A stretch of 64,000 nt of DNA from assembly GCA_038207085.1 (NCBI GenBank), contig JBBRAE010000003.1, positions 1-64,000 of the forward strand. Direction: 5' to 3'. Of the stretch, positions 49,357-58,224 are shown in pieces. The DNA comes from Armatimonadota bacterium (GTDB lineage Bacteria > Armatimonadota > UBA5829 > DTLH01). The notes under the pieces are model-generated. The model was not told the origin of the DNA and did no database searches. It saw nothing but the letters and a program-made list of their open reading frames with translations. Each line of letters starts with the position of its first letter. Positions within the stretch are counted from its first letter, which is position 1. The position numbers and the translations under genes are program-made.

Positions 49357-50501
49357 CAACTGCGATTCTTTCAACAGAATATTGCCCCATCATCTGCCCC
49401 ACCCTGCCCGATCCCGAGGAGATGCTTGGGGTTATAGAGAAAGCCTTCGGCTCCGGCAGAGTGACCGTAGGCGAGCAGGTAGCCGCGCTTGAGGATGAAG
49501 TCTCGGCGCGAGTCGACGTGCGAAACACCATCGCCGTCTCGTCAGGGACAAGCGGGCTTATGCTGCTCATCCGCGCGCTCGGGCTCCCCGAGGGGAGCGA
49601 GGTCATCACCCCGAGCTTCACCTTCGCCGCGACAAGCCACGCGCTTCTTTGGAACGGGCTTCGCCCCGTCTTCTGCGACAGCGACCCGCAGACCTTTACG
49701 ATGGATCCCGCCTGCGCGAGAAGTCTCATAACCGAGCGCACGTCGGCGATATATCCCGTCTGCGTCTTTGGCGTCCCAGGCGATATCGCGGCCTACCAAA
49801 CGATCGCCCAAAACTACGGGCTCGCGCTCATTTTCGACAGCGCACAGGGCATAGGGAGCACCTACCGTAGACGAGCAGTCGGAAGCTTCGGCGTGGGCGA
49901 GGTCTTCAGCCTGAGCCCGACCAAAGTAGTGACCGGCCTCGAAGGCGGGCTCGTCACAACCAATGACGATCAGCTCGCAACCCAGATACGCTACATGCGC
50001 GACTACGGCAAAGCCCCCGACGGCGAGGACATGAACTGGCTCGGGCTTTCAGCGCGAATGACCGAACTAAACGCAGCCGTCGCCCGCTGGAGCCTTGCGA
50101 GGCTTGACACCTGGGTTGCAAACCGCACAGAGATCTGTGACCGCTACCTTGAGCGACTCGGCCACCTTCCCGGCGTCAGCTTTCAGGCGATCCCGACCGA
50201 CCGGCACTCGTCGCGCAACTACATGGTAGTCCTGCTCGACCCCGCAGAGTCGCCGATCACCCGCGACGAGCTCTACCGGGCCCTAAAAAACGACGGCATC
50301 CAGACCAAGCGCTATTTCTACCCCGCGCTTCACAACCAGACGCTTTACCAGAGCGTCACGGACGGCCGCAAGCTGCCTATAGCCCAAGCGATAAGCGAGC
50401 GGAGCATCGCAGTGCCGATGTACTCGCACATGCCACTTGAGACGGTCGAGGCTATCTGCGACCGCATCGTCGCGCACTTTGAGCAGGTGGACGCACTATG
50501 A
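49353..50501 (+). CDS. DegT/DnrJ/EryC1/StrS family sugar aminotransferase
   Basis: VSSGTSGL, TPSFTFAAT, FDSAQG, FSLSPTK..GLEGG, RMTELNAA; GGAGG before GTG 49353. Confidence 0.93.
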   Translation: MTTAILSTEYCPIICPTLPDPEEMLGVIEKAFGSGRVTVGEQVAALEDEVSARVDVRNTIAVSSGTSGLMLLIRALGLPEGSEVITPSFTFAATSHALLWNGLRPVFCDSDPQTFTMDPACARSLITERTSAIYPVCVFGVPGDIAAYQTIAQNYGLALIFDSAQGIGSTYRRRAVGSFGVGEVFSLSPTKVVTGLEGGLVTTNDDQLATQIRYMRDYGKAPDGEDMNWLGLSARMTELNAAVARWSLARLDTWVANRTEICDRYLERLGHLPGVSFQAIPTDRHSSRNYMVVLLDPAESPITRDELYRALKNDGIQTKRYFYPALHNQTLYQSVTDGRKLPIAQAISERSIAVPMYSHMPLETVEAICDRIVAHFEQVDAL

Positions 50502-51631
50502 GAAGCATTTTCACACTAATAATGATCGCACTTGCCACACTGCCCGCGCTTGCCGCCGATACGCCGGTCTACCAGGTCGGCCCCGAGGATGTGATCGGCG
50601 TAGTAGTCGCGCGTCACCCCGAGTTCTCCGGCGACTACACCATCCCCGTCGACGGCACGCTGACGCTTCCCGGCGCGGGACGAATCACCGCGGCAGGCAA
50701 GACACTTGCCGAAATCTCAGGCGAGGTCACCGACCGCTTGAGCGAACGAATCAAGGCCCCCGAGGTCACGGTATCGCTTCGCACAGCCCGAATGCAGCGG
50801 GTTTACGTGCTCGGCGCGGTGCACACCTCTGGGCTCTACGACCTGAAACCCGGCTGGAGAATCACCGAAGCGCTCGCCGCAGCGGGTGGAATCGCGGGCG
50901 GCATCGAGACGTCCGATTGCTCGGCATGTATCCTGCGGGCATCGACCGGCAAGCGCGAGACCTACCGCCTCGCCGATATCCTGCGCGGCCAGTCGAGCGC
51001 CGACACGCTTCTTCAGACCGGCGACGTAGTCACGATCGACGCCGACGAAACAGTGCCCGTATACGTCACCGGCAGGGTGAAAAACCCCGGCATCTACAGG
51101 CTCCGAAAAGACAGCGCGGGAGTGGTCGAAGCGATTACGCTCGCCGGTGGAGCCCTTGAAGACGCGGCCCTTGGCAAAGTCACAGTGGCCCACATCGACG
51201 GCAAGAACGAGACCGTCAACGCGGCGGGAGCGATCCTCGACGGAGGCCCCGCGCCCAAGGTCGAGATCAAAGCCGCGGACATGATCACCGTTCCGGCTGA
51301 GACCTCCCGCATCGCCGTCCTGGGAAACGTGAGTCAGCCCGGCTTCTTCCCGATCAGAGAGAACCAGAAGCTGACCCTCACCGACGCAATCGGACTCGCC
51401 CGTGGCGCAGACCCCCGCACAGGGAAACTGAGCGAAATCGCCGTCGTGCGCACGGATAACGGCAAACAGCAGAGGCTCGTCTTTGACCTCAGCAAGTTCC
51501 TGAAGACCGGGGACGCAAGTCAGAACCCTGAGCTCAAAGCCGGAGACGTGATCTTCGTGCCGAGGTCCAACAAGATCAACTGGGACTCGATCATGGGCTC
51601 GTTGCCGCTGGTCGGACTGTTTACAAACTGA
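50498..51631 (+). CDS. Wza/OPX polysaccharide export protein with SLBB domains
   Basis: YQVGPEDVI..DGTLTLP..G, repeated VYVLGAV..G.Y / VYVTGRVKNPG / IAVLGNVSQPG, GDVIFVP. Confidence 0.9.
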   Translation: MRSIFTLIMIALATLPALAADTPVYQVGPEDVIGVVVARHPEFSGDYTIPVDGTLTLPGAGRITAAGKTLAEISGEVTDRLSERIKAPEVTVSLRTARMQRVYVLGAVHTSGLYDLKPGWRITEALAAAGGIAGGIETSDCSACILRASTGKRETYRLADILRGQSSADTLLQTGDVVTIDADETVPVYVTGRVKNPGIYRLRKDSAGVVEAITLAGGALEDAALGKVTVAHIDGKNETVNAAGAILDGGPAPKVEIKAADMITVPAETSRIAVLGNVSQPGFFPIRENQKLTLTDAIGLARGADPRTGKLSEIAVVRTDNGKQQRLVFDLSKFLKTGDASQNPELKAGDVIFVPRSNKINWDSIMGSLPLVGLFTN

Positions 51632-51647
51632 AAGGGCGCCTACGCAG

Positions 51648-53828
51648 ATGATAATACGAAGAAACGATTTCCAGATTCAGCGCGTGCAGGAACCGAGTCA
51701 GACCATTCCTGAAGTATGGACGCCTCGGGAGCGCGAGGTTATGAGTATGAACGACTTTTCCGCGATGCTCAGGCGCAGAATCCTCACCATAGTCGTCGTC
51801 GCGGCAGTGATACTTGGCGCGGGAGTATACTACACGCTGACCAGGCCGCCGATATATGAATCGACGGCAAAGATGATGGTCATTACACCAAAGAATACCG
51901 CGGCAGTCGTAGGCGATGGCAGGCTGATAAGCGACCTTGAGGCCCTGAAGGGCGCAAGAAACGCCGACACTCAGGTCGAAATCATCACAAGCCCCGATAC
52001 CATCCAGGTCGCGGCCAAGTTGATCCCCGAAGACATCCGAAAGTACGGACTCGGCGGGACCGAGGTGCCGCCATGGGCCTATCGGGTCGTCAAGCGAAAG
52101 GAATCGGATATCATCACAGTGACAGGCAGGGCCTACACCCCCGTTGCTGCGGTTCAGATCGCAGAAGCGCTGATCAAGGCGCACTTCCAGAAGGACCTGG
52201 AGCGCAACCGACTGGCAACAAAACAGGCCCGCCAATACGCTGAGAACGAGATGCTCTCGGCCAAGAACGAGCTCTCCGCTGCGCGGATCCAACTTGCCCA
52301 GTTCAAGACCGTCACGGGTCTCTACGCACCTGAAACGCAGATGAACGCCTCAGCCGAGCGCATGACGACGCTCAACGACGAGCTCTCAGGCGCCCACGCC
52401 GACGTAGAAGCCGGACGAAGACAGATGGCCACGCTCCGCTCGCAGCTTTCCGGGCAGAGCGAAACGGTAGTGTCGGGCACCGTCGTCACTGACAACCCGC
52501 AGTTTACAGCCGCAATGAACAGAATCGACGCACTCCAGAGCGAACGGGCGCAACTGATACAGGAGTTCACCCCCACAAGCCGCGAGGTGCAGACGATCAA
52601 CGACCGCGTCCGGCGCGAAGAGGCAAGGCTGCGAAGCATCGCAAAGACGACGGTAAGTTCCGAGCAGATGGCGCGCAACCCTGTCCGGGAGAACGTAACC
52701 AACCGCTACATTGAGACGCTTGCAGCATACTCCGCCGCAACCGCCAGAATGAACGCGCTCGAACGCCAGGTGAGTCAAGGAAAACGGGCAGTCACGAGCC
52801 TGCCCGAACACGAACGCCAGCTGAACGAGCGCCAGCAGAATGTCCAACTTCTTCAGAGCAGGTACGAGTCGCTTTCAGGCAACTATCACACGCTGCTCCT
52901 AAATGAGCAGTCAATCATGCCAAGCGGTATGAAGTTCGCAAATGCGGGGTTGCCGACCAAGGCATCGTACCCGAACAAAATCGCAAACACCCTGTTCTTT
53001 ATGATCCTGGGCATCGCGTTCGGCATCCCCGTGGCGATCCTCGCCGAACGAAGGGACAGCCGCCTGCACGACCAAAACGTGATCGACCGCTCGACGGGGC
53101 TCCCGTCGCTTTCCGTGATCCCAAGGGCAAAGGCCGACTCCGTCCACATACGTGATGGCTCAAGCGCCGACGGAGCTACCATAGAGAGCTACCGGATACT
53201 GCGAAACAACATCCTCTTCGCATCAGCCGGAGATCACTTGAAAGTCCTTGCAGTCACAAGCCCCGGACGGGGTGAAGGCAAGTCGACAACCACAATGAAC
53301 CTAGCCGCGACAATGGCAATGGAAGGCAAACGCGTCCTGATGGTCGACGCCGACCTCCGCCGCCCGTCGCTCCACCGAGTGCTTGGAGTAAGCCGCGAAA
53401 AGGGCCTGACAGGCGTGATCGGCGGCAATGTGGCGCTTGAGGACGCGATAGTCGAAACCAAGACATCAAACGTCTTCCTGCTCCCGGCGGGGCCATCATG
53501 CCAGAACCCGGGCGAAACTCTGAACTCCGCACCAAGTCGCGAGCTATTCCGAAAACTTTCGGGGATGTACGACCTGGTCCTGGTCGACTGCCCGCCGAGC
53601 ACGGGGTTATCAGATGTGCAGATCATCTCGACGCTTTCAGACGCAGTGCTGCTGGTCGTATCGATGCACCAGTCGCTTCGCCCGCAGCTTGAGATCACCC
53701 TGCAGACACTCGCCCGAGCAGGCGCGCCGCTCATAGGAACGGTACTCAACCGTGTGGACATACGGTCTAGCGATTACTGCTACTACTACTCCCAAGACGA
53801 GTATAAACAGGACAACGAACAGAGCTAA
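51648..53828 (+). CDS. wzc: Wzc-type polysaccharide co-polymerase / tyrosine autokinase
   Basis: ESYRILRNN, TSPGRGEGKSTT, DADLRRP, VLVDCPP, C-terminal Tyr cluster DYCYYYSQDEY. Confidence 0.92.
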   Translation: MIIRRNDFQIQRVQEPSQTIPEVWTPREREVMSMNDFSAMLRRRILTIVVVAAVILGAGVYYTLTRPPIYESTAKMMVITPKNTAAVVGDGRLISDLEALKGARNADTQVEIITSPDTIQVAAKLIPEDIRKYGLGGTEVPPWAYRVVKRKESDIITVTGRAYTPVAAVQIAEALIKAHFQKDLERNRLATKQARQYAENEMLSAKNELSAARIQLAQFKTVTGLYAPETQMNASAERMTTLNDELSGAHADVEAGRRQMATLRSQLSGQSETVVSGTVVTDNPQFTAAMNRIDALQSERAQLIQEFTPTSREVQTINDRVRREEARLRSIAKTTVSSEQMARNPVRENVTNRYIETLAAYSAATARMNALERQVSQGKRAVTSLPEHERQLNERQQNVQLLQSRYESLSGNYHTLLLNEQSIMPSGMKFANAGLPTKASYPNKIANTLFFMILGIAFGIPVAILAERRDSRLHDQNVIDRSTGLPSLSVIPRAKADSVHIRDGSSADGATIESYRILRNNILFASAGDHLKVLAVTSPGRGEGKSTTTMNLAATMAMEGKRVLMVDADLRRPSLHRVLGVSREKGLTGVIGGNVALEDAIVETKTSNVFLLPAGPSCQNPGETLNSAPSRELFRKLSGMYDLVLVDCPPSTGLSDVQIISTLSDAVLLVVSMHQSLRPQLEITLQTLARAGAPLIGTVLNRVDIRSSDYCYYYSQDEYKQDNEQS

Positions 53829-53898
53829 AACTCACTTTGGGTGATCAATATATACTGCTGACGTGACAACACTTGTTTGATGGGGTAATGCTAAGGGG

Positions 53899-55941
53899 TT
53901 GATCAAACTGCCACTCGCCCGCAGTACAGAACAAAAACATACCCTTAGCGATGGAGGTCCGAGGAAGATCGTGGGACATAAGTCACGAATCCTTAAGTTA
54001 AGGCTGCGCGGCCCGGTAATAGCGCTAGTCATCGCCGACGTATTGGCGCTCGCCTTCTCCATCCTGGCGGCGCTGCTGCTTCGGTTCGACGGTGCCACAT
54101 GGCCCGATGTCTACAACCGCTACGTGGGAAACCACCTGACAAGTATGCCATTTGTCGCCGCCTTCTATATCGGCGCACTGGCAGTGTTTCGGATGTACAA
54201 ACGCGCGTGGCGGTTCACGAGCCTCGACATGCTCTGGGACGTGATCGGCGCAAACACCGCTGGTGTCGCCGGGATGATGGTCATCCAGATGATGTTCGAC
54301 GGCAGCCATTTCCCGCGCTCTGTGCTCGTGATGGTATGGGGGTCAGCTATCATGCTGACCGGCGGAATCCGGGTGTTCCTTAGGATGATGAGCGTGCTGC
54401 ACAAATACTCGGGCAAAGAGGACCGCCCATCAGTGCGGGAAAGCCGCCGCAAGCGGGTGGTTATCCTCGGCGCCGGGGCCGACGGCGCAAGCATCCTGCG
54501 AGCTATCCGGGAAGACCCGTACCTGGAATACGACGTGATCGGTTTTCTCGATGAAGACCCCAACAAGATGGGCGTCTACATCAGCAACGTGCGGGTAATC
54601 GGTTCGCTTGAGATGCTAAAGAAACTCGCAGACGATGGGACGATCGATGAGGTCATCGTCGCCCTTCCCGAAGACGCCTGTGAGAAGGTCCGCGAGTATG
54701 TCCTTGATTGCCGGGGCAAGCGCGTGGCGGTGAAGAAGGTGCCCCAGCTCCGGGATACGCTGATCGGCAAGACTGCGATCCAGATGGTCGACTTCGGGAT
54801 CGAGGACTTACTCGGACGCGCGCCGGTGAGCTCGAGCGTCGCGACCATTGGGACCTATATCAAGGGCAAACGCGTGCTTGTGACCGGTGCGGGCGGGTCG
54901 ATCGGCTCAGAGCTCTGCCGACAGATCATGCAGATGGAACCGGCGGCGCTGATCCTTCTCGGTCACGGTGAAAACTCGATCCACCTCGTCCACCAGGAGC
55001 TTCAGGCAAGGTACCGCAACCTGGCGGAGCGACTGAGCTACGTAATCGCAAGCGTATCGAACAAGAACCGAATCGACCAGGTGTTCAAACAGCACCGACC
55101 CAACATCGTCTTTCACGCGGCGGCCCACAAACACGTGCCCATCATGGAGCTGAACGAGCAAGAGGCCGTCAGCAACAACGTCCTTGGCACGCATCACGTG
55201 GCCGACGCCTGCGGGCGCTACGGAGTCGATCGGATGGTGCTGATCTCCACTGACAAGGCCGCCGACCCCTGCAGCATTATGGGGGCGACGAAGTGGCTTT
55301 GCGAGGAAGTGCTGCGCGCGTCTTCGCACATCCACCAGGGCACCTCCTACGTCGCAGTGCGGTTCGGCAACGTGCTTGGCAGCCGGGGGAGTGTTGTCCC
55401 CGTGTTCAAAGAGCAGATACGGCGCGGCGGGCCGGTGACTGTGACTCACCCGGACATGACCCGCTACTTTATGACCATTCCTGAGGCTGTTCGGCTGGTC
55501 CTTCAAGCGGGAGGAGTGGGCAGGTCCGGTGAGCTGTATCTGCTCGACATGGGGAACCCTGTAAGAATAGTCGACCTCGCGCGGGATATGATCCGGCTCC
55601 ACGGCTTCGAGCCCGATGTCGATATCGAGATCGCCTACACGGGAATGCGCCCAGGTGAGAAGCTTCACGAGACTCTGACGGCGTCCGGCGAGGACATTCA
55701 CCGCACCAACTGGGAGGGCCTCTACCACATCAAGCGCCCGCAGTACTTCGTGACCGACGAAGTCTTGGACGCGCTGGTGCATCTGGAGCGGGCAACATCA
55801 AGAGGGTCGTCAGCGGACGTCCGCCGACTGCTGAATCAGCTGATCCCAAGCCAGTGCACTGTCCCCGTCACAGAGTTACAGCAAGAGCTCGAAGAGAGCC
55901 TGGAACACGAGGGAGAATCCCCTCTGCGTTACCACATGTGA
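53899..55941 (+). CDS. Membrane-bound UDP-sugar 4,6-dehydratase (PglF/CapD/WbpM family)
   Basis: 4 N-terminal TM segments; LVTGAGGSIGSELCRQ, HAAAHKHVP, ISTDKA, VRFGNVLGSRGSV, MTRYFMTIPEA, GMRPGEKLHE. Confidence 0.93.
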   Translation: MIKLPLARSTEQKHTLSDGGPRKIVGHKSRILKLRLRGPVIALVIADVLALAFSILAALLLRFDGATWPDVYNRYVGNHLTSMPFVAAFYIGALAVFRMYKRAWRFTSLDMLWDVIGANTAGVAGMMVIQMMFDGSHFPRSVLVMVWGSAIMLTGGIRVFLRMMSVLHKYSGKEDRPSVRESRRKRVVILGAGADGASILRAIREDPYLEYDVIGFLDEDPNKMGVYISNVRVIGSLEMLKKLADDGTIDEVIVALPEDACEKVREYVLDCRGKRVAVKKVPQLRDTLIGKTAIQMVDFGIEDLLGRAPVSSSVATIGTYIKGKRVLVTGAGGSIGSELCRQIMQMEPAALILLGHGENSIHLVHQELQARYRNLAERLSYVIASVSNKNRIDQVFKQHRPNIVFHAAAHKHVPIMELNEQEAVSNNVLGTHHVADACGRYGVDRMVLISTDKAADPCSIMGATKWLCEEVLRASSHIHQGTSYVAVRFGNVLGSRGSVVPVFKEQIRRGGPVTVTHPDMTRYFMTIPEAVRLVLQAGGVGRSGELYLLDMGNPVRIVDLARDMIRLHGFEPDVDIEIAYTGMRPGEKLHETLTASGEDIHRTNWEGLYHIKRPQYFVTDEVLDALVHLERATSRGSSADVRRLLNQLIPSQCTVPVTELQQELEESLEHEGESPLRYHM

Positions 55942-55995
55942 GAGCGAGACGGTCCTCCGGGGTATATAACTAATGAGTTTCAATGATTGTTACTA

Positions 55996-56038
55996 CCCCT
56001 CACCCTCACCCTCTCCCCCTAAGGGAGAGGGTGAGGGG
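55996..56038. repeat. CCCTCACCC-type palindromic (REP/BoxC-like) element
   Basis: Perfect 15-bp stem CCCTCACCCTCTCCC (56003-56017) / GGGAGAGGGTGAGGG (56023-56037). Confidence 0.7.
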
Positions 56039-56078
56039 ATACCAACGAAACTCTGTCCCTACATTGGAGGACGCTGAA

Positions 56079-56366
56079 ATGACTATCATCGAGTTTCTAT
56101 TACTGCTCCTGATCGCGGCAGTCGCAGGCGCGATAGGGCAATCCATAGCGGGTTACGCGGCTGGGGGATTTTTGGCAGCTACGGCAATAGGCTTTATCGG
56201 AGCGCTTCTTGGCATGTGGATCGCCCGATCCACCGGGCTCCCGGAGCCGTTTGCAATAAACATAGGCGGCAGAACGTTCCCGGTGCTCTGGGCAATAATC
56301 GGAGCCGCACTCTTCTCTGCGATAATCCGACTCATCACCTCCCCGACAAGACGTTACCACGCCTGA
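56079..56366 (+). CDS. GlsB/YeaQ/YmgE family (transglycosylase-associated) small membrane protein
   Basis: GGAGG RBS then ATG 56079; three Gly-rich TM segments, GFIGALLG, WAIIGAALF. Confidence 0.82.
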   Translation: MTIIEFLLLLLIAAVAGAIGQSIAGYAAGGFLAATAIGFIGALLGMWIARSTGLPEPFAINIGGRTFPVLWAIIGAALFSAIIRLITSPTRRYHA

Positions 56367-56408
56367 TTCGTGTATTGGCCGGGTAAAAACCGGCCAATAC
56401 GCAATACA

Positions 56409-57737
56409 TCACTTGTGCTTAACCATCCCAAGATAGACATTCGGCACGAAGTGCGGGCTGTGCTCGGGTGTATGGCAGTCCTTGCACGCCTCGCGGATGC
56501 CTTTGGTTTCGTGCTTTGCCTTGTGGCCCGCACCGTGCGGCAGGACATCGGCGTGGCAGGACATACACTCGACCCCACCCAAGCCATCAGTCCCCTTGAC
56601 GCTCCGCTCGATCCTCCGATACATCTCGGAGTGGCATGGCAGACACTCGGGAAGCGTCTTGTTCTGCTTCTCAAGCGTGGTAAGCGCCGTCGCGTGCTTG
56701 GTCGTTTTCCACTGATCGTACTCCGCCTTGTGGCAGGACATACAGGTCTGGTAGCTGTAATAGCCTTCCTTGGGAGTCGACACATGCGTCTCAGTCGTGA
56801 TCGGACCCGGCGTCGACCCGGGGCTGATATTGACGATTCTCGGTGCCTGGAAGTCCTTGACCATCTTCAGGACATCGGCGTCCTCCGGGCAGCTTTCGTC
56901 GATGCCGACCCGTTTGTAGGTCTTCTTCTTGGTAGCACCGTTGATCTCGATGTCCACCTGTGCGATGGCGTTGCCCTGCACGCTGGTCGGGACGATCATC
57001 GTCTCGCCAACCATCTTGGGCTCTACGAGAATCATATTGCCAGTGCCGCCGAGGATGATATCCGGCGCACCGTAGCGTTTGGTGATCTTCTCGATCCACG
57101 CGTCCGACGCCACTTTGCCCTGGTCGAGCACGATCAAGACGTCCGACTTCTGCCGCGCTTCAGCGTAGACCTCATAGCGCTCTTTCAAGAGCTTATAGTC
57201 GTCGATAGCGCCATCGGGAAGCGTCCCAAATGAGACGACACCCACCTTCACCCCGCTGAGGTCGCGGATGATAAACGGCTTGGCGCCGGCCGCCTCGGGA
57301 GCGCCGAGGTTCACTACCGGCATCGACTTATCGTTCATGACCTTATAGAAACTGTCACCAAAGCGCAGGTCAGTCGGCCCGACGCCGACCGCCGAGTAGC
57401 CCATAGCTTTCAGCGCATCGATGACGACCTCAAGCTGACCCGTCTGGGTGTTGGTCATGTTGGGATAAGCGAGGTTTCCGCTTTCCACCGCAATTGTTCT
57501 GGGGTTTTCAGCTCTAAGCTTCTTTATGTAACCAGCTCGTCGAGGCAGACCGCCCGACTTGTGGCCGCCTCACCCACACGGTTCAAGCGTGCCGACCGTA
57601 TCGTTGCTCAAAATGACGGAGATTTTGGAAGGAAGCGAGCTCGCGGCATCAACCGCCCCCGCCACCCAAACAAAAGCCGCCAAAAGAGTCACGGCAAACA
57701 ACGCCCGAACCGCTGCAATAAGATATCTTTTAGTCAT
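56409..57737 (-). CDS. Probable selenoprotein: secreted UshA-like domain fused to a tetraheme c-type cytochrome (442 aa with Sec56)
   Basis: ATG 57737 is in frame with ORF 56409..57488; signal peptide; single in-frame TGA (57570-57572) in LEPCG*GGHKSGGLPRR; four CxxCH motifs (CMSCH, CLPCH, CMSCH, CKDCH). Confidence 0.85.
57539..57558 (-). promoter_or_regulatory. Bacterial SECIS-like hairpin
   Basis: GUCGGGC-GGUCU-GCC(U)CGAC starting exactly 11 nt after the UGA; apical GGUCUGC as in the E. coli fdhF SECIS. Confidence 0.75.
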
Positions 57738-57773
57738 ATCAACCCACTTTGCAACAGAGTTCGTAACAGTGAC

Positions 57774-57802
57774 AGTCTACCCACAGTTGAGTAAGATGTC
57801 AA
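57774..57802 (-). promoter_or_regulatory. Sigma70-type promoter of the selenoprotein gene
   Basis: TTGACA (57802-57797), 17-nt spacer, TAGACT (57779-57774), 36 nt upstream of ATG 57737. Confidence 0.72.
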
Positions 57803-57882
57803 CATATATAGGAACGAACTCAGGGGTTTGAGGACAGGAATTAGCTTCGAGTGTGTTGGCATGTGTCGAATCTTTGGGTGGA

Positions 57883-58052
57883 GCGCACGTTTCGAGAGCC
57901 TCAACGTGATGGGGTTTGGATTGATCAAATATGGGAGATGGTGGTCGATCATCCTGAGCACCGTCGAAGGGTGAGCGCGGTACAATCCCTCACATGTCAC
58001 CCAGCCCCAAACCCCTCACCCTGAGGCTCTCGAAGGGTGCGCTACACAAATC
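57883..58052. repeat. Cluster of three TCACCCTGAG..TCGAAGGGTG REP-like palindromes (BIME-like)
   Basis: Copies at 57883-57909 (-), 57949-57974 (+) and 58016-58052 (+); the outer copies form a long imperfect inverted repeat. Confidence 0.78.
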
Positions 58053-58110
58053 TATCGGCGTACTACAACCAAGGGAAGCTAGCAAAATCCCCCAATTCCC
58101 CTCCCCCCAT

Positions 58111-58140
58111 TTGCCAAACAGGAGCATTTGGTAGTACACT
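58111..58140 (+). promoter_or_regulatory. Candidate sigma70 promoter for nadE
   Basis: TTGCCA-18 nt-TACACT upstream of nadE. Confidence 0.4.
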
Positions 58141-58224
58141 TCCCGTATCAGACCGGTGGCGCTATCAGCGCCAGCCATTAAGAGACGGCGCGCATGGCGC
58201 CGTCGATCTGGAGGATTCAACTAG

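Noticed and set aside
56370..57233. 287-aa plus-strand ORF
   Set aside because: Antisense shadow of the cytochrome gene.
57570..57572. Treating the TGA as a true stop, giving a pseudogene or two genes
   Set aside because: It is the only lesion, lies in a Cys-x-stop context, and is followed by a correctly spaced SECIS-like hairpin. The downstream ORF alone lacks a signal peptide despite its c-type heme motifs.
57883..58052. Possible CRISPR array
   Set aside because: The copies differ, are in mixed orientation and are irregularly spaced, and there are no cas genes. REP-like repeats explain them better.
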